DNA of 32,000 nt from Halorhodospira halophila SL1 (GTDB lineage Bacteria; Pseudomonadota; Gammaproteobacteria; Nitrococcales; Halorhodospiraceae): NCBI RefSeq assembly GCF_000015585.1, contig NC_008789.1, forward strand, positions 1,500,001-1,532,000, given 5' to 3'. Positions 23,283 through 31,680 of the stretch are shown one piece after another. A program made the translations under genes and the position numbers. The notes under the pieces were generated by a model. It was not told where the DNA came from. It saw nothing but the letters and a program-made list of their open reading frames with translations, and made no database searches. Numbering within the stretch: the stretch's first letter is position 1; every line of letters starts with the position of its first letter.

Positions 23283-23771
23283 ATGGCCACGTTAGAGATC
23301 CTCGAACACCCCGATCCCCGCCTTCGACAACCATCCGCCCCGGTGGAGCGCTTCGACCAGGCGCTGTGCGAACTGGTCGACGACATGATCGAGACCATGC
23401 ACGCCCGTTCGGCGATCGGTCTGGCAGCCCCGCAGGTAGATGTCCGCCAGCGCATTGTTGTCTGCTGCACGGAGCCCGCCCAGGCGCCACGCGTATTCAT
23501 CAACCCGGAGATCACCGGCAGCAGTTTACCCGGTTACATCGAAGAGAGCTGCCTCTCGGTCCCCGGCCAGCAAGGCCTGGTCCGGCGCCCAACCCGAGTC
23601 AGTGTCCGTGCCCAGGACACCGCTGGCGAACGGTTCCACTGCAAGCTCGAGAACCTAGATGCCGTCTGCCTGCACCACGAGATCGACCACCTGGATGGGA
23701 CGCTGTTTATCGACCGGCTGCCGTTCTGGAAGCGCCTGAAGATCGGCGCCAGCCGCCTTCTCCGCGGCTAG
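23283..23771 (+). CDS. def: Peptide deformylase (paralog; no fmt adjacent)
   Basis: ATG at 23283. MATLEILEHPDPRLRQPSAPVE.. is colinear with E. coli Def. Motif 1 is AIGLAAPQV, motif 2 is ESCLSVPG (EGCLS with G to S) and motif 3 is HHEIDHLDG. Confidence 0.9.
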   Translation: MATLEILEHPDPRLRQPSAPVERFDQALCELVDDMIETMHARSAIGLAAPQVDVRQRIVVCCTEPAQAPRVFINPEITGSSLPGYIEESCLSVPGQQGLVRRPTRVSVRAQDTAGERFHCKLENLDAVCLHHEIDHLDGTLFIDRLPFWKRLKIGASRLLRG

Positions 23772-23819
23772 CAGACCCCCTACCGGGGGCGAGGTCATCC
23801 CCGATCGATCCCCGCTCGA

Positions 23820-23857
23820 CAAAAAACGGGCGCCCGGACGCACTCGCCCGGGCGCCC
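23820..23857 (-). terminator. Distal rho-independent terminator of the minus-strand LH1-type operon
   Basis: GGGCGCCCGG-10 nt-CCGGGCGCCC (10-bp perfect stem). On the minus strand it is followed by GTTTTTTG. Confidence 0.55.
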
Positions 23858-23931
23858 AACCAAGCTGGTGGGCGCCGGTGACAACCGATAGCACCCTAAA
23901 GGAGATCGGAGACTGGTGCGGAGTAACAAAG

Positions 23932-23956
23932 AAAAACGGGGCGTATGCCCCGTTTT
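23932..23956. terminator. Bidirectional rho-independent terminator between def (+) and the LH1-type operon (-)
   Basis: AAAAACGGGGC-gtat-GCCCCGTTTTT. The stem is symmetric, with A5 and T5 flanks that give a U-tract on either strand. Confidence 0.65.
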
Positions 23957-24052
23957 TCCTCATATCCTGCCGCGTCCGGCAGGAAGACCCGGGAAGAATC
24001 TCTCCCGCTCGTGACGAACGGGAGAGACTCCTGAGTCACCCGGGATCGGGTG

Positions 24053-24247
24053 TCAGACCTGCCGCGGGGGCAGAGCGGACACCTCTTCAGCGGACTCACT
24101 CACCGAGCTGACCGCAGCACCACCGACCCAGTTGAACCGGTCAGTGCTCAGCAGGATGAAGTGGATCACCAGGGCCAGCACGGCCAGCCAGGAGAAGATG
24201 CCGATCAGGACGCGGCGCGGATCGTAAAGCTTCCAGAGTCTCCACAT
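24053..24247 (-). CDS. pufA: Light-harvesting LH1 (core)-type alpha polypeptide, orphan copy
   Basis: 64 aa with an AGGAGA RBS in the 12-nt spacer. [41 protein letters not shown].. aligns to Rsp. rubrum LH1 alpha ([41 protein letters not shown]..). Confidence 0.9.
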   Translation of the reverse strand: MWRLWKLYDPRRVLIGIFSWLAVLALVIHFILLSTDRFNWVGGAAVSSVSESAEEVSALPPRQV

Positions 24248-24259
24248 GGTTCTATCTCC

Positions 24260-24487
24260 TTAACCAGCAAGCGGCGCAATTTGGGAAACAGCGGCGGTCA
24301 CGTTGTGAACACCCTCGATGACGGAGCCGTAGCCCTCGGCACCGGGGATCCACGGACGCCAGGCCCAAGCGAGGAAGTGGGCCACGACGGCAACCGCCGT
24401 GAAGATCAGGAAGCTCTGCATGAAGATGCTGTGGAACTCCTTAGCTTCCTCATCGCTAAGGCCCGTCAGCGACATGTTATCGGCCAT
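24260..24487 (-). CDS. pufB: Light-harvesting LH1 (core)-type beta polypeptide, orphan copy
   Basis: 75 aa with a GGAGGA RBS. ..[43 protein letters not shown].. aligns to Rsp. rubrum LH1 beta (..LSGITEGEAKEFHKIFTSSILVFFGVAAFAHLLVWIWRPWVPG..). Confidence 0.9.
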
Positions 24488-24747
24488 ACGTTTCGTCCTC
24501 CGTTCAGCGTTTCAGCCGGTACCGCGCTCTACCCCCGCGCGGTAGGGGGTGGTCGCCCACGCTAACGTGGGACTTCCGTTTCGACCGGCATGCTGCTGCC
24601 GGCCTTCCTCAAAGCGCTGGATCGGTACGCTGGGCCCGTCCAGTCTTCGAGGTTCGTTCGTGTGTCGAGCCCTTCCGTATCCGGTCCAGCGCTCGACCTC
24701 CACGATGACCTAAACACTAACGCAGGAATGGGGGCGTTGTGTGGTGG

Positions 24748-24812
24748 CGTATAACCGCACCCCTGTAGCCCCTTGTGGAATCCTTTTCCCACCACTTCAG
24801 TTTCCTGCGCAA
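24748..24812 (-). promoter_or_regulatory. Three-box motif upstream of the LH1-type operon, shared with pucBA
   Basis: Read on the minus strand: TTGCGCA (24812-24806), 25 nt, TTCCACAAGGGG (24780-24769), 13 nt, GTTATACG (24755-24748). Confidence 0.3.
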
Positions 24813-24829
24813 ATGCCGATACCGAAGAT

Positions 24830-25798
24830 ATGATGAAACACCGTACCCGGACCCTTGCAATCGGTTTTTGCGCTACTGCGGCAATTTGCGTAAGCGCCCA
24901 GGCGGCCGGTGGCCAGCAGACGCACCGCATGGACCCGCACAGCGCCCAGTGGCACGCCTTCGAAGGGCGCTCCGGGTGCCATATGGCGCACGAAATACCT
25001 GGTCAAGGGGTGGCGCTGATCAGTTACCGGCACGACGGTCGACAGTATCTGAGTTTCTTTGCCAATCGGCCGCCGCGGGAAGAAATCACCGGCGATCTTT
25101 ATATCGGTCAGCCCGTCTGGGGCGGGGATCAACGGCGCCACGTTGAATCCGTGCGGCTGCACCCCGACGCCCGTACCCTGCGTTTCAGCCGCCGGACCAC
25201 GCAACGGCTGCTCGATGCCTTGCGGGACGGTCGCGAGCCCCAGATCCGCTACGAGGCCGTCTACAGTGGCGATCTGGTCGAGATCGGCCTAACGCCAGCC
25301 GCCTTCCAGCGAGCACTGGGCCACTATCGCGAATGCATTGCCCGTCACGAACGTGTTGACGCCGGCACCGCCACCCGCGGCCAGGTGATCCCCGGCCGCA
25401 CTGGCGAGCCGATGGCGGACAGCGACGGCCCCACCTGGGAGGGCAATCTGCCGCGACTGCCACGCGGGCCGCGGACCGAGGTCTATTTTGCCACCGGCAG
25501 TGACGACCTGACACGCAACGCCCTGGACGAAATCCGGCGATTCGTGCGCGCCGTCGAGGACAACCCCCACTGGGGCGTCATACTATCCATCGGCTACGCC
25601 GACACTCGGGGCAGCGCGGAGGTCAACGAGCAGCTCGCCGAGGCGCGCGCGTCCGCCGTGCGGGACGAACTGGTGCATCTGGGGCTACCGGAGGATCGTA
25701 TCGAGGTCGAGGCGCGGCTGATCGATGACGAGGACGCCGAGCAGGACATCCACGAACTGGCAGGCAACCGCCGCGTGGAGCTGCGCACGGCGCTCTAG
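24830..25798 (+). CDS. motY: MotY-like protein (MotY N-domain plus OmpA/MotB peptidoglycan-binding C-domain)
   Basis: ATG at 24830 gives the signal peptide MMKHRTRTLAIGFCATAAICVSAQA. ..AQWHAFEGRSGCHMAHEIPGQGVALISYR.., ..LLDALRDGREPQIRY.. and ..AFQRALGHYRECIA.. parallel Vibrio MotY (..[30 protein letters not shown].., ..FQNKYNAFSDCISN..), including both Cys. C-terminus: ..YADTRGSAEVNEQLAEARASAVRDELVHLGLPEDRIEV...GNRRVEL. Confidence 0.6.
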   Translation: MMKHRTRTLAIGFCATAAICVSAQAAGGQQTHRMDPHSAQWHAFEGRSGCHMAHEIPGQGVALISYRHDGRQYLSFFANRPPREEITGDLYIGQPVWGGDQRRHVESVRLHPDARTLRFSRRTTQRLLDALRDGREPQIRYEAVYSGDLVEIGLTPAAFQRALGHYRECIARHERVDAGTATRGQVIPGRTGEPMADSDGPTWEGNLPRLPRGPRTEVYFATGSDDLTRNALDEIRRFVRAVEDNPHWGVILSIGYADTRGSAEVNEQLAEARASAVRDELVHLGLPEDRIEVEARLIDDEDAEQDIHELAGNRRVELRTAL

Positions 25799-25841
25799 GT
25801 TCCGTGTTCCAGGCAAGCCGCCGCAGCCATCAACCCCTACT

Positions 25842-26279
25842 ATGTCGAAGATGAAGATCGAACTACCCGAGCCACTGCCCTACTCCGCAGAGCTACCGGT
25901 GCGCATCACCGACGTCAACTACGGCGGCCACCTGGGGAATGACGCGCTGGTTTCCCTGCTGCACGAAGCGCGGGTGGCCTTCCTCGGCCACCACGGCTTC
26001 AGCGAAGGGGACTGCGGTGGGGCCGGGATCGTGGTCAGCGAACTGGAAATCGCCTACCGCGCCGAGGCGTTCTACGGAGACGTCCTCTCCATCGCTGTCG
26101 GGGTGGGGGCGATCGGGCGCAGCCGGGCGGACCTGTTCTACCGCGTCGAGCGTTCGGCGGATGCCCGGGAGATCGCCCGCGCCCGCACGACCATTGCCTT
26201 CTTCGACTATGCCGCCCGCCGGCCGCGCCGCACCCCGGAGCGCTTTCTCGACACCTTCTGTGCCCGATCAAGCGCTTGA
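25842..26279 (+). CDS. Hotdog-fold acyl-CoA thioesterase (4HBT/YbgC-like)
   Basis: Internal ATG at 25842, about 145 aa. ..VRITDVNYGGHLGNDALVSLLHEARVAFL...ELEIAYRAEAFYGDVL.. fits the 4HBT-type pattern. Confidence 0.65.
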   Translation: MSKMKIELPEPLPYSAELPVRITDVNYGGHLGNDALVSLLHEARVAFLGHHGFSEGDCGGAGIVVSELEIAYRAEAFYGDVLSIAVGVGAIGRSRADLFYRVERSADAREIARARTTIAFFDYAARRPRRTPERFLDTFCARSSA

Positions 26280-26294
26280 TCAGCAGTGCGGCCC

Positions 26295-27197
26295 TCACCC
26301 TTCACCGCTGGTGAGCAGGAGGTCACGCTCGCTCTCGTGGGCGACACGTCGGGCCACGCTGCCCAGCAGCGCCCCCTGCCAGCGTGACAGGCCGCGGGTG
26401 CCCATCGCCACCAGATCGATGTCCGCCTCCCCCGCGACCTGATCGATCACCGTCGCCGGATTCCCGCTGCGTGCCTCATAGTGGGCGATACGGTCGCGCA
26501 TCGGCAGCTCTGCCACCAACCGACTCAGCTCCTCCGCCGTCTGCTCCCGTCCGGCCTGCAGGGCTGCCTGAAGCTCCTGTGCGGCCCCCTCACCGGCCCC
26601 ATAGATCCGCTCCAGCGGTGTCGTGTCGTGAACGCTCAGTAGGTGCAGTCGCGCATCGGGGGCCAGGCGGGCAGCCATCTCGACGGCTCGGCGCGAGCGC
26701 GGCGACCCGTCCACCGCCACCAGGACCCGTTGGTACGCCCCCCGGGGTGGACGCTTGACCACCAGGATCGGCGCGGACAACTCGTGGGTCAGCCGCTCGG
26801 CGGTCGCCCCCAGGAACAGATCACGGACGACGCGCCGACCGTGGGCGCCAATCGCCACCAGATCGGCGCCCCAGTCCCGGGCCTCTGCGGCGATCTCGCT
26901 GGCTCCACGCCCCCACCGACACCCGACCGTCCAGCTCGGGGCCGCCCCGTCTCCGGCGATCGCAGTGAGCTGCTCGGTCATTCGCGCCTCGCCGGCCTGC
27001 TCCAGTTCGCGGGTCGCCTGTTGCGCCCCGGCACCCTGCTCACGGAACAGCAATCGGAGGGTCTCTTCTTCGAGGTCGGCTTCGATGACGTGCACGGCCC
27101 GCAACTCGGCGCTGTGACGCCGGGCCAGCTCCACACTGCGCTGCGCCGCAGCTTCCGTCCGCTCGCTCAGGTCGGTGGCATAAAGGATCTTGTGCAC
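26295..27197 (-). CDS. Universal stress protein, tandem UspA domains
   Basis: 300 aa, GTG start with an AGGAGGGG RBS. Two Usp modules: MHKILYATDLSE...ADLVAIGAHGR and ..RVLVAVDGSPRSR...DLVAMGTRGLS. Confidence 0.85.
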   Translation of the reverse strand: MHKILYATDLSERTEAAAQRSVELARRHSAELRAVHVIEADLEEETLRLLFREQGAGAQQATRELEQAGEARMTEQLTAIAGDGAAPSWTVGCRWGRGASEIAAEARDWGADLVAIGAHGRRVVRDLFLGATAERLTHELSAPILVVKRPPRGAYQRVLVAVDGSPRSRRAVEMAARLAPDARLHLLSVHDTTPLERIYGAGEGAAQELQAALQAGREQTAEELSRLVAELPMRDRIAHYEARSGNPATVIDQVAGEADIDLVAMGTRGLSRWQGALLGSVARRVAHESERDLLLTSGEG

Positions 27198-27207
27198 GAC
27201 ACCCCTC

Positions 27208-28371
27208 CTAGTCGACGTATCCAGTCAGTTCGGCATACCCCACGGCGGTCACCGGACGCCCCGCGGCCTGGCCACGACCGCGCAGTGCACCCTCCCAGTA
27301 CCGGAACCCGTCGCGCAGCTCCTGATCGGCCAGGACCGGTTCGAGCTCCAGCGTCAGATCTTCTTCCGGGTAGTCTAGCCGCCAGCGCGCCGGATAGGTG
27401 GCCTCACCATCCGGACTGGTCCAGTGGTCGAGCACCTCCAGGGTCACATCGTCGCGGGTCACGACTCGATGGCGGCCGTCCTCGTCCACCCATCCGCCCT
27501 TGCTCCTCGGGTCGATGCTGCCATCCTCCCGGCGCAGGTGGTAGAACATCAGTTCGCGGTCATCGTCGAGTTGAATAGAGAACCAGTCCCACCCGCTCTG
27601 CTCCTCGCTCAGGGTGCTGCTGCCCCACTCGCGATCGATCCAGGCCGTGCCCGAGACCGCGTGTTCGCCGTCGGGCACCACCACGCGCCCCTCGGCCCCA
27701 AGCCGCGGGACGGTGTAGTAATAGGAGGCGTTCCCGGGGGCGTCCCCCTTCTGGCTGTACCCGTCTTCCCCCTGGAAGACGATCGGCTTGCGGGCTTCAA
27801 GGTCCAGCACCAATTCCACGCCGCCGGCCTCCAGACGGGTCTGCAACTGCGCCAGGCCGGCACCCGGCGTACCGCGTACCTCCCAATCCTCGAGCCAGAC
27901 CCGGAATGGATCGGGCTGGGCACCGGCGAGTCCGAGGGCTCCTCGTGCCAGCCGCTCGAAGTGGTGGTAGGTCTCCCCCTCGGTGTCGGTTACCGCGAAG
28001 TGGGCCATCCAGAGCTGGTTGGTCCCCCACGCCGATGGCCGCGGACTCGGCTCGGGACGCAGGGCGAACCGGAAAAAGGTGATCTGGAACCCGAAGTGGC
28101 GACCATCCTCATCGAACAGATTGCCGGTGATGTACCACCACTCGTGGCGGTAAGCGGGATGGGGGCCATGATCTTCTGGGAAGACTAGGGGGCGCGGCCC
28201 GAGCGCCCGCGCGTACCCCTCGGCATCCTGCTCGCCGGAGAGCGCCCCGGCCACGGTAATGCGCTGTTGCTCGGCCGCGTCCTCGCCCTCCGGTGGATCC
28301 ATACACCCCGCAACCAGAACGAGCAGGACACAGGCCGCAGCCCGGCGCAGCCTGGCGATCCGTTCAGCCAT
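27208..28371 (-). CDS. AttH-like lipoprotein (CrtC/carotenoid 1,2-hydratase superfamily plus lipocalin-like domain)
   Basis: ATG at 28371 overlaps the permease stop (ATGGCTGA). Signal peptide with lipobox: [23 protein letters not shown]. ..FPEDHGPHPAYRHEWWYITGNLFDEDGRHFGFQITFFR.. is typical of AttH-type proteins that accompany FtsX/ABC pairs. Confidence 0.7.
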   Translation of the reverse strand: MAERIARLRRAAACVLLVLVAGCMDPPEGEDAAEQQRITVAGALSGEQDAEGYARALGPRPLVFPEDHGPHPAYRHEWWYITGNLFDEDGRHFGFQITFFRFALRPEPSPRPSAWGTNQLWMAHFAVTDTEGETYHHFERLARGALGLAGAQPDPFRVWLEDWEVRGTPGAGLAQLQTRLEAGGVELVLDLEARKPIVFQGEDGYSQKGDAPGNASYYYTVPRLGAEGRVVVPDGEHAVSGTAWIDREWGSSTLSEEQSGWDWFSIQLDDDRELMFYHLRREDGSIDPRSKGGWVDEDGRHRVVTRDDVTLEVLDHWTSPDGEATYPARWRLDYPEEDLTLELEPVLADQELRDGFRYWEGALRGRGQAAGRPVTAVGYAELTGYVD

Positions 28372-30895
28372 CCTCACGCATCGCCTCCCCCGGCGGGACT
28401 CGGGCCGCACGGTAGGCCGGATAGAGCCCGGCGAGCAAGGCGGCCACCGTGGCCAACGCAACTGCCTGGCCCAGCAACAGCGGGTCCGCCTGGAACTGCA
28501 GGCTCCAGCCGAACGCGCGCTGATTGATCACGTCGGTCAGGGCCAGGGCCAGCGCCAACCCCGGTCCGATGGCCAGCAGCCCGGCGAAAACGCCCAACAG
28601 CCCGGTACGGGCCAGCTCCAGCGTCCACACTTGGGCCGGGGTCAACCCCAGGGCGCGCAGCACGGCCACCTCACTGCTGCGCTCCAGAGAGAGCGCCAGC
28701 AGGGCGCCGAACACCCCGGCCGCGGCGACGATGGCGGCCAATAGCTGCAGGACCCGGGTCACCGCGAAGGTGCGGTCGAACACGTCCAGCGAAAGACGCC
28801 GGATCTCGGCATCGGAGCGGAAGGTGAGCAGGTCGGCCTGCTCGCCGGCAGCCTCGCGCAGCGCGGCGATCAGAGCGTCGGGGTCGACCCCCGGCCCGGC
28901 GTGGACCGCCAGCCCGTCGATGGCCTCGTCCTCCCAGTGCGCGTCGTAGAAGCTGCGGGCGACGAACACCGCCCCCTGGCTGGTGGTGTAGTCATAAACC
29001 ACGGCCAGCACCGGCAACACTCGCTCGCCGGACGGGGTCCGGACCACCATGCGGTCACCGAGCTTGAGCCCATGGTGTGCGGCAAAGGGCTCGGTGATAT
29101 AGGCCCCCTCACCGTCCCGGAAACGCGTCCAGGCCGAAGGCGCCTGCGCCTTGTAGGCCATCCCGGCATCCCCGATCGGCCCGTGGTCGAAGGCGCGCAA
29201 CTGGATCTCGCCGTACTCCGAGGGCACCCGCAACTGGCGGGACGTGGCCACCGACTCGACGCCCGCGACTGCGGCGAGGCGCTCGCGGAGCTGTGGGGGC
29301 AACGTCGGGGGCGATTCGCCGGTCCGGGACGGGGCGCTGACGTAGACATCGGCCGACAGGGTGCTATCGAGCCAGGCCGCCAGACTGCCGCGGAAGCTGT
29401 CAATCATCACGCTAACCCCGATGACCGCCGTCACCGCGACCACCAACGCAACCGCCGCCACCCCGCTGCGCGAAAGCCCGGCGCCGACGCCACGCGCGGC
29501 CATGCGGCCCGGTGCACCGAGCATCCAGCCGGCCGGGCCGGCCAGCGCGCCGGCCAGCACCCCGACGGCCCAGGGCACCATCAGCGCAGCGCCCACCAGC
29601 AGGGCAAACACCCCACCGAAGCCCACCACCAGCCCCCCGGTACCCCCCCACAGGAGACCGATCCCGAGTAGAGCGAGCAGCAACCCGCCCCCCGCCAGGG
29701 GCCGGACCCAACGCCGTGCACGCCCCTCCAGTGAGGCCCGGTCCAGGGCGGTGCGCGGCGCGACGGAGGCAGCCTCCCAGGCCGGCGCTGCGGCCGCCAC
29801 CGCAGCGGCCAACAGCCCCAGCGCCGCAGCCATGAACAAAGCAGAGGGCGCCAGCGCGACCTCGCGAACGTTGAGGACGAAGTAGAGATCGGTGATGGTC
29901 CGGGTGACGAGTTCGAGCAGGCCATCCGCCAGGAGGTAGCCGAGCGGGAGGCCGACGAGTGTACCCAGGGCCCCGAGTGCGGCTCCCTCGGCGACCACCG
30001 AGCGGAACACCTGCCCGCGCCCCACCCCGAGAGCCCGCAAGCGACCGATCAGTGCCCGCCGCTGGACCACCGAGAAGGAGATGGCGTTGTAGATGAGCAG
30101 TGCCCCGACGAGCAGGGCCAGCAGGCTGAAGGCGGTCAGATTGAGACGGAACGCCGCGGTCATCTCGTCGAGGGCGGCAGCCCCCTCCTGCGCCTCGCTG
30201 ATCACCGCGGCATTGGGCAGAAGCTCCTGGATGCGGGCGAGCCGGGCCTCACCGGCCACCCCACCGGGGATCACCAGGTCGATGCGATCGAGGCGTCCGA
30301 CCCGGCCGAGGAGCTCCTGGGCGGTGGCCACATCCACCACGACGGTATCCCGAAGCCCCTCGGCAGTGAGTCGGTCCGGGGCCTCGGCGACGGCGGCCAC
30401 CTCCAGCCGGTGGCTGCGCCCGCCGATCTCCACCGCCACAGTGTCGCCGTCGGTCACCCCTAACCGCGCGGCATCCTCGCGAAAGAGCACCACCAGATCG
30501 TCCCGCTCGAGCCACGCACCGGCATCAACGGCGCGCGCAGCGCCGGCCACCGCGTCCCGCACCCCGGCTTCGGCCCAGGGATCGATGCCAAGCACGCGCA
30601 GCGGCCCGTCCGGGCCGGAGACGTGCCCCTCCACCACCGGGGTAGCGGGACGAATACCGGAGCGCCGGAGTTCGGTATAAAGCGCCTCATCGAGGCCGGC
30701 GGTCCCAGCGGTGATCCGGTGGGTGGCCTCTCCGGCCAGGGCCTCGGCGGACCGTGTAAAAGCCCGCTCCGAGGAGGCGTTGGCCAGCTCGACGGCCACC
30801 ACGACCGCCACCCCGAGCGCCACCCCGAGGATCGCCAGCGCCCCCTGCCACGGGTGGCGCAGGTGGTGACGCCATCCGGCCCGGGCGAGGATCAC
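28364..30895 (-). CDS. Fused ABC transporter permease with two FtsX-type modules (YbbP/AttFG-like)
   Basis: 843 aa. There are two blocks of hydrophobic helices, each preceded by a large soluble domain. The GTG start overlaps the ATPase stop (GTGA). Confidence 0.85.
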   Translation of the reverse strand: MILARAGWRHHLRHPWQGALAILGVALGVAVVVAVELANASSERAFTRSAEALAGEATHRITAGTAGLDEALYTELRRSGIRPATPVVEGHVSGPDGPLRVLGIDPWAEAGVRDAVAGAARAVDAGAWLERDDLVVLFREDAARLGVTDGDTVAVEIGGRSHRLEVAAVAEAPDRLTAEGLRDTVVVDVATAQELLGRVGRLDRIDLVIPGGVAGEARLARIQELLPNAAVISEAQEGAAALDEMTAAFRLNLTAFSLLALLVGALLIYNAISFSVVQRRALIGRLRALGVGRGQVFRSVVAEGAALGALGTLVGLPLGYLLADGLLELVTRTITDLYFVLNVREVALAPSALFMAAALGLLAAAVAAAAPAWEAASVAPRTALDRASLEGRARRWVRPLAGGGLLLALLGIGLLWGGTGGLVVGFGGVFALLVGAALMVPWAVGVLAGALAGPAGWMLGAPGRMAARGVGAGLSRSGVAAVALVVAVTAVIGVSVMIDSFRGSLAAWLDSTLSADVYVSAPSRTGESPPTLPPQLRERLAAVAGVESVATSRQLRVPSEYGEIQLRAFDHGPIGDAGMAYKAQAPSAWTRFRDGEGAYITEPFAAHHGLKLGDRMVVRTPSGERVLPVLAVVYDYTTSQGAVFVARSFYDAHWEDEAIDGLAVHAGPGVDPDALIAALREAAGEQADLLTFRSDAEIRRLSLDVFDRTFAVTRVLQLLAAIVAAAGVFGALLALSLERSSEVAVLRALGLTPAQVWTLELARTGLLGVFAGLLAIGPGLALALALTDVINQRAFGWSLQFQADPLLLGQAVALATVAALLAGLYPAYRAARVPPGEAMREDG

Positions 30896-31680
30896 GCCGC
30901 AGCCACCTCCTGGAGCCGACCACCCTGCAGCGCCACCACGCGATCCGCCGCCGCGGCGACATCGGTGGAGTGGGTGGCGATCAGTGCGGTCATGCCGCGC
31001 TCACGACGAAGCTCGTTGAAGAGTCCGAGCACCGTTTGCGCCGTGGCCCCGTCGAGACTACCGGTCGGTTCGTCGGCGAGCAGCAGATCAGGGCCGTGCA
31101 CCAGGGCGCGGGCGACCGCCACGCGCTGTCGCTCGCCGCCAGAGAGGAGCTCCGGGAATGTATCTTCTCGGCCCTGCAGGCCGACCCGTTCGAGCAACTC
31201 CCGTGCGTAGCGCCGCCCTTCGCGGTTCAGGACGCCGTTGAGTTCCAGTGGCAGGAGGAGATTCTCCAGGACCGTAAGGGTGGGGACGAGATTGAGCTGC
31301 TGGAAAATGAACCCGAGATGGCGGCGCCGGAAGAGCGTCCGGGCCGTCTCGTCGAGCGTCGTCAGATCCTCGCCGCCGAAACCGATCGTGCCAGCATCCG
31401 GCCCTTCCATCGCGCCGATCAGGTTGAGCAGGGTGGATTTGCCCGAGCCACTTGGTCCGACCACGGCCAGGGATTCGCCACGCCGGATGACGAGGTCGAG
31501 CCCATCGAGGACCACACGCACCCCCCCGCCCTCCGGGTAGCCCTTGCGCACCCCCAGCAAACGGATCAGCGGGCTATCCTCAGCCTCGCCCCCGTCACGA
31601 CCCGTCCGGGAGCGCAGAGGCTGCCGATCGGCGCTGTGCCGCCCGGCAGCCGTTCCGTCAGTTGGAGAAGTAGCGGACAC
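30892..31680 (-). CDS. ABC transporter ATP-binding protein (LolD/MacB-type)
   Basis: Walker [11 protein letters not shown]-loop FIFQQ, signature LSGGERQR and Walker [13 protein letters not shown]. The start is uncertain: GTG at 31680 or GTG at 31725. Both overlap the upstream gene. Confidence 0.9.
   Translation of the reverse strand: MSATSPTDGTAAGRHSADRQPLRSRTGRDGGEAEDSPLIRLLGVRKGYPEGGGVRVVLDGLDLVIRRGESLAVVGPSGSGKSTLLNLIGAMEGPDAGTIGFGGEDLTTLDETARTLFRRRHLGFIFQQLNLVPTLTVLENLLLPLELNGVLNREGRRYARELLERVGLQGREDTFPELLSGGERQRVAVARALVHGPDLLLADEPTGSLDGATAQTVLGLFNELRRERGMTALIATHSTDVAAAADRVVALQGGRLQEVAAA

Noticed and set aside
23878-24111. 77-aa plus-strand and 67-aa minus-strand ORFs between def and the LH1-type alpha gene. 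Also a 33-codon GTG ORF behind an AAGGAG at 23899.
   Set aside because: They run straight through four terminator or stabiliser hairpins. They have no hydrophobic segment and so no gamma- or PufX-like character, and no coding-like composition.
27208-28371. CrtC-superfamily protein in a phototroph, possibly the carotenoid 1,2-hydratase of spirilloxanthin synthesis.
   Set aside because: It has a lipoprotein signal (LVAGC), is about 100 residues longer than true CrtC, and is translationally coupled to an FtsX/ABC exporter. No crt genes are nearby. This fits the AttH-type accessory lipoprotein instead.
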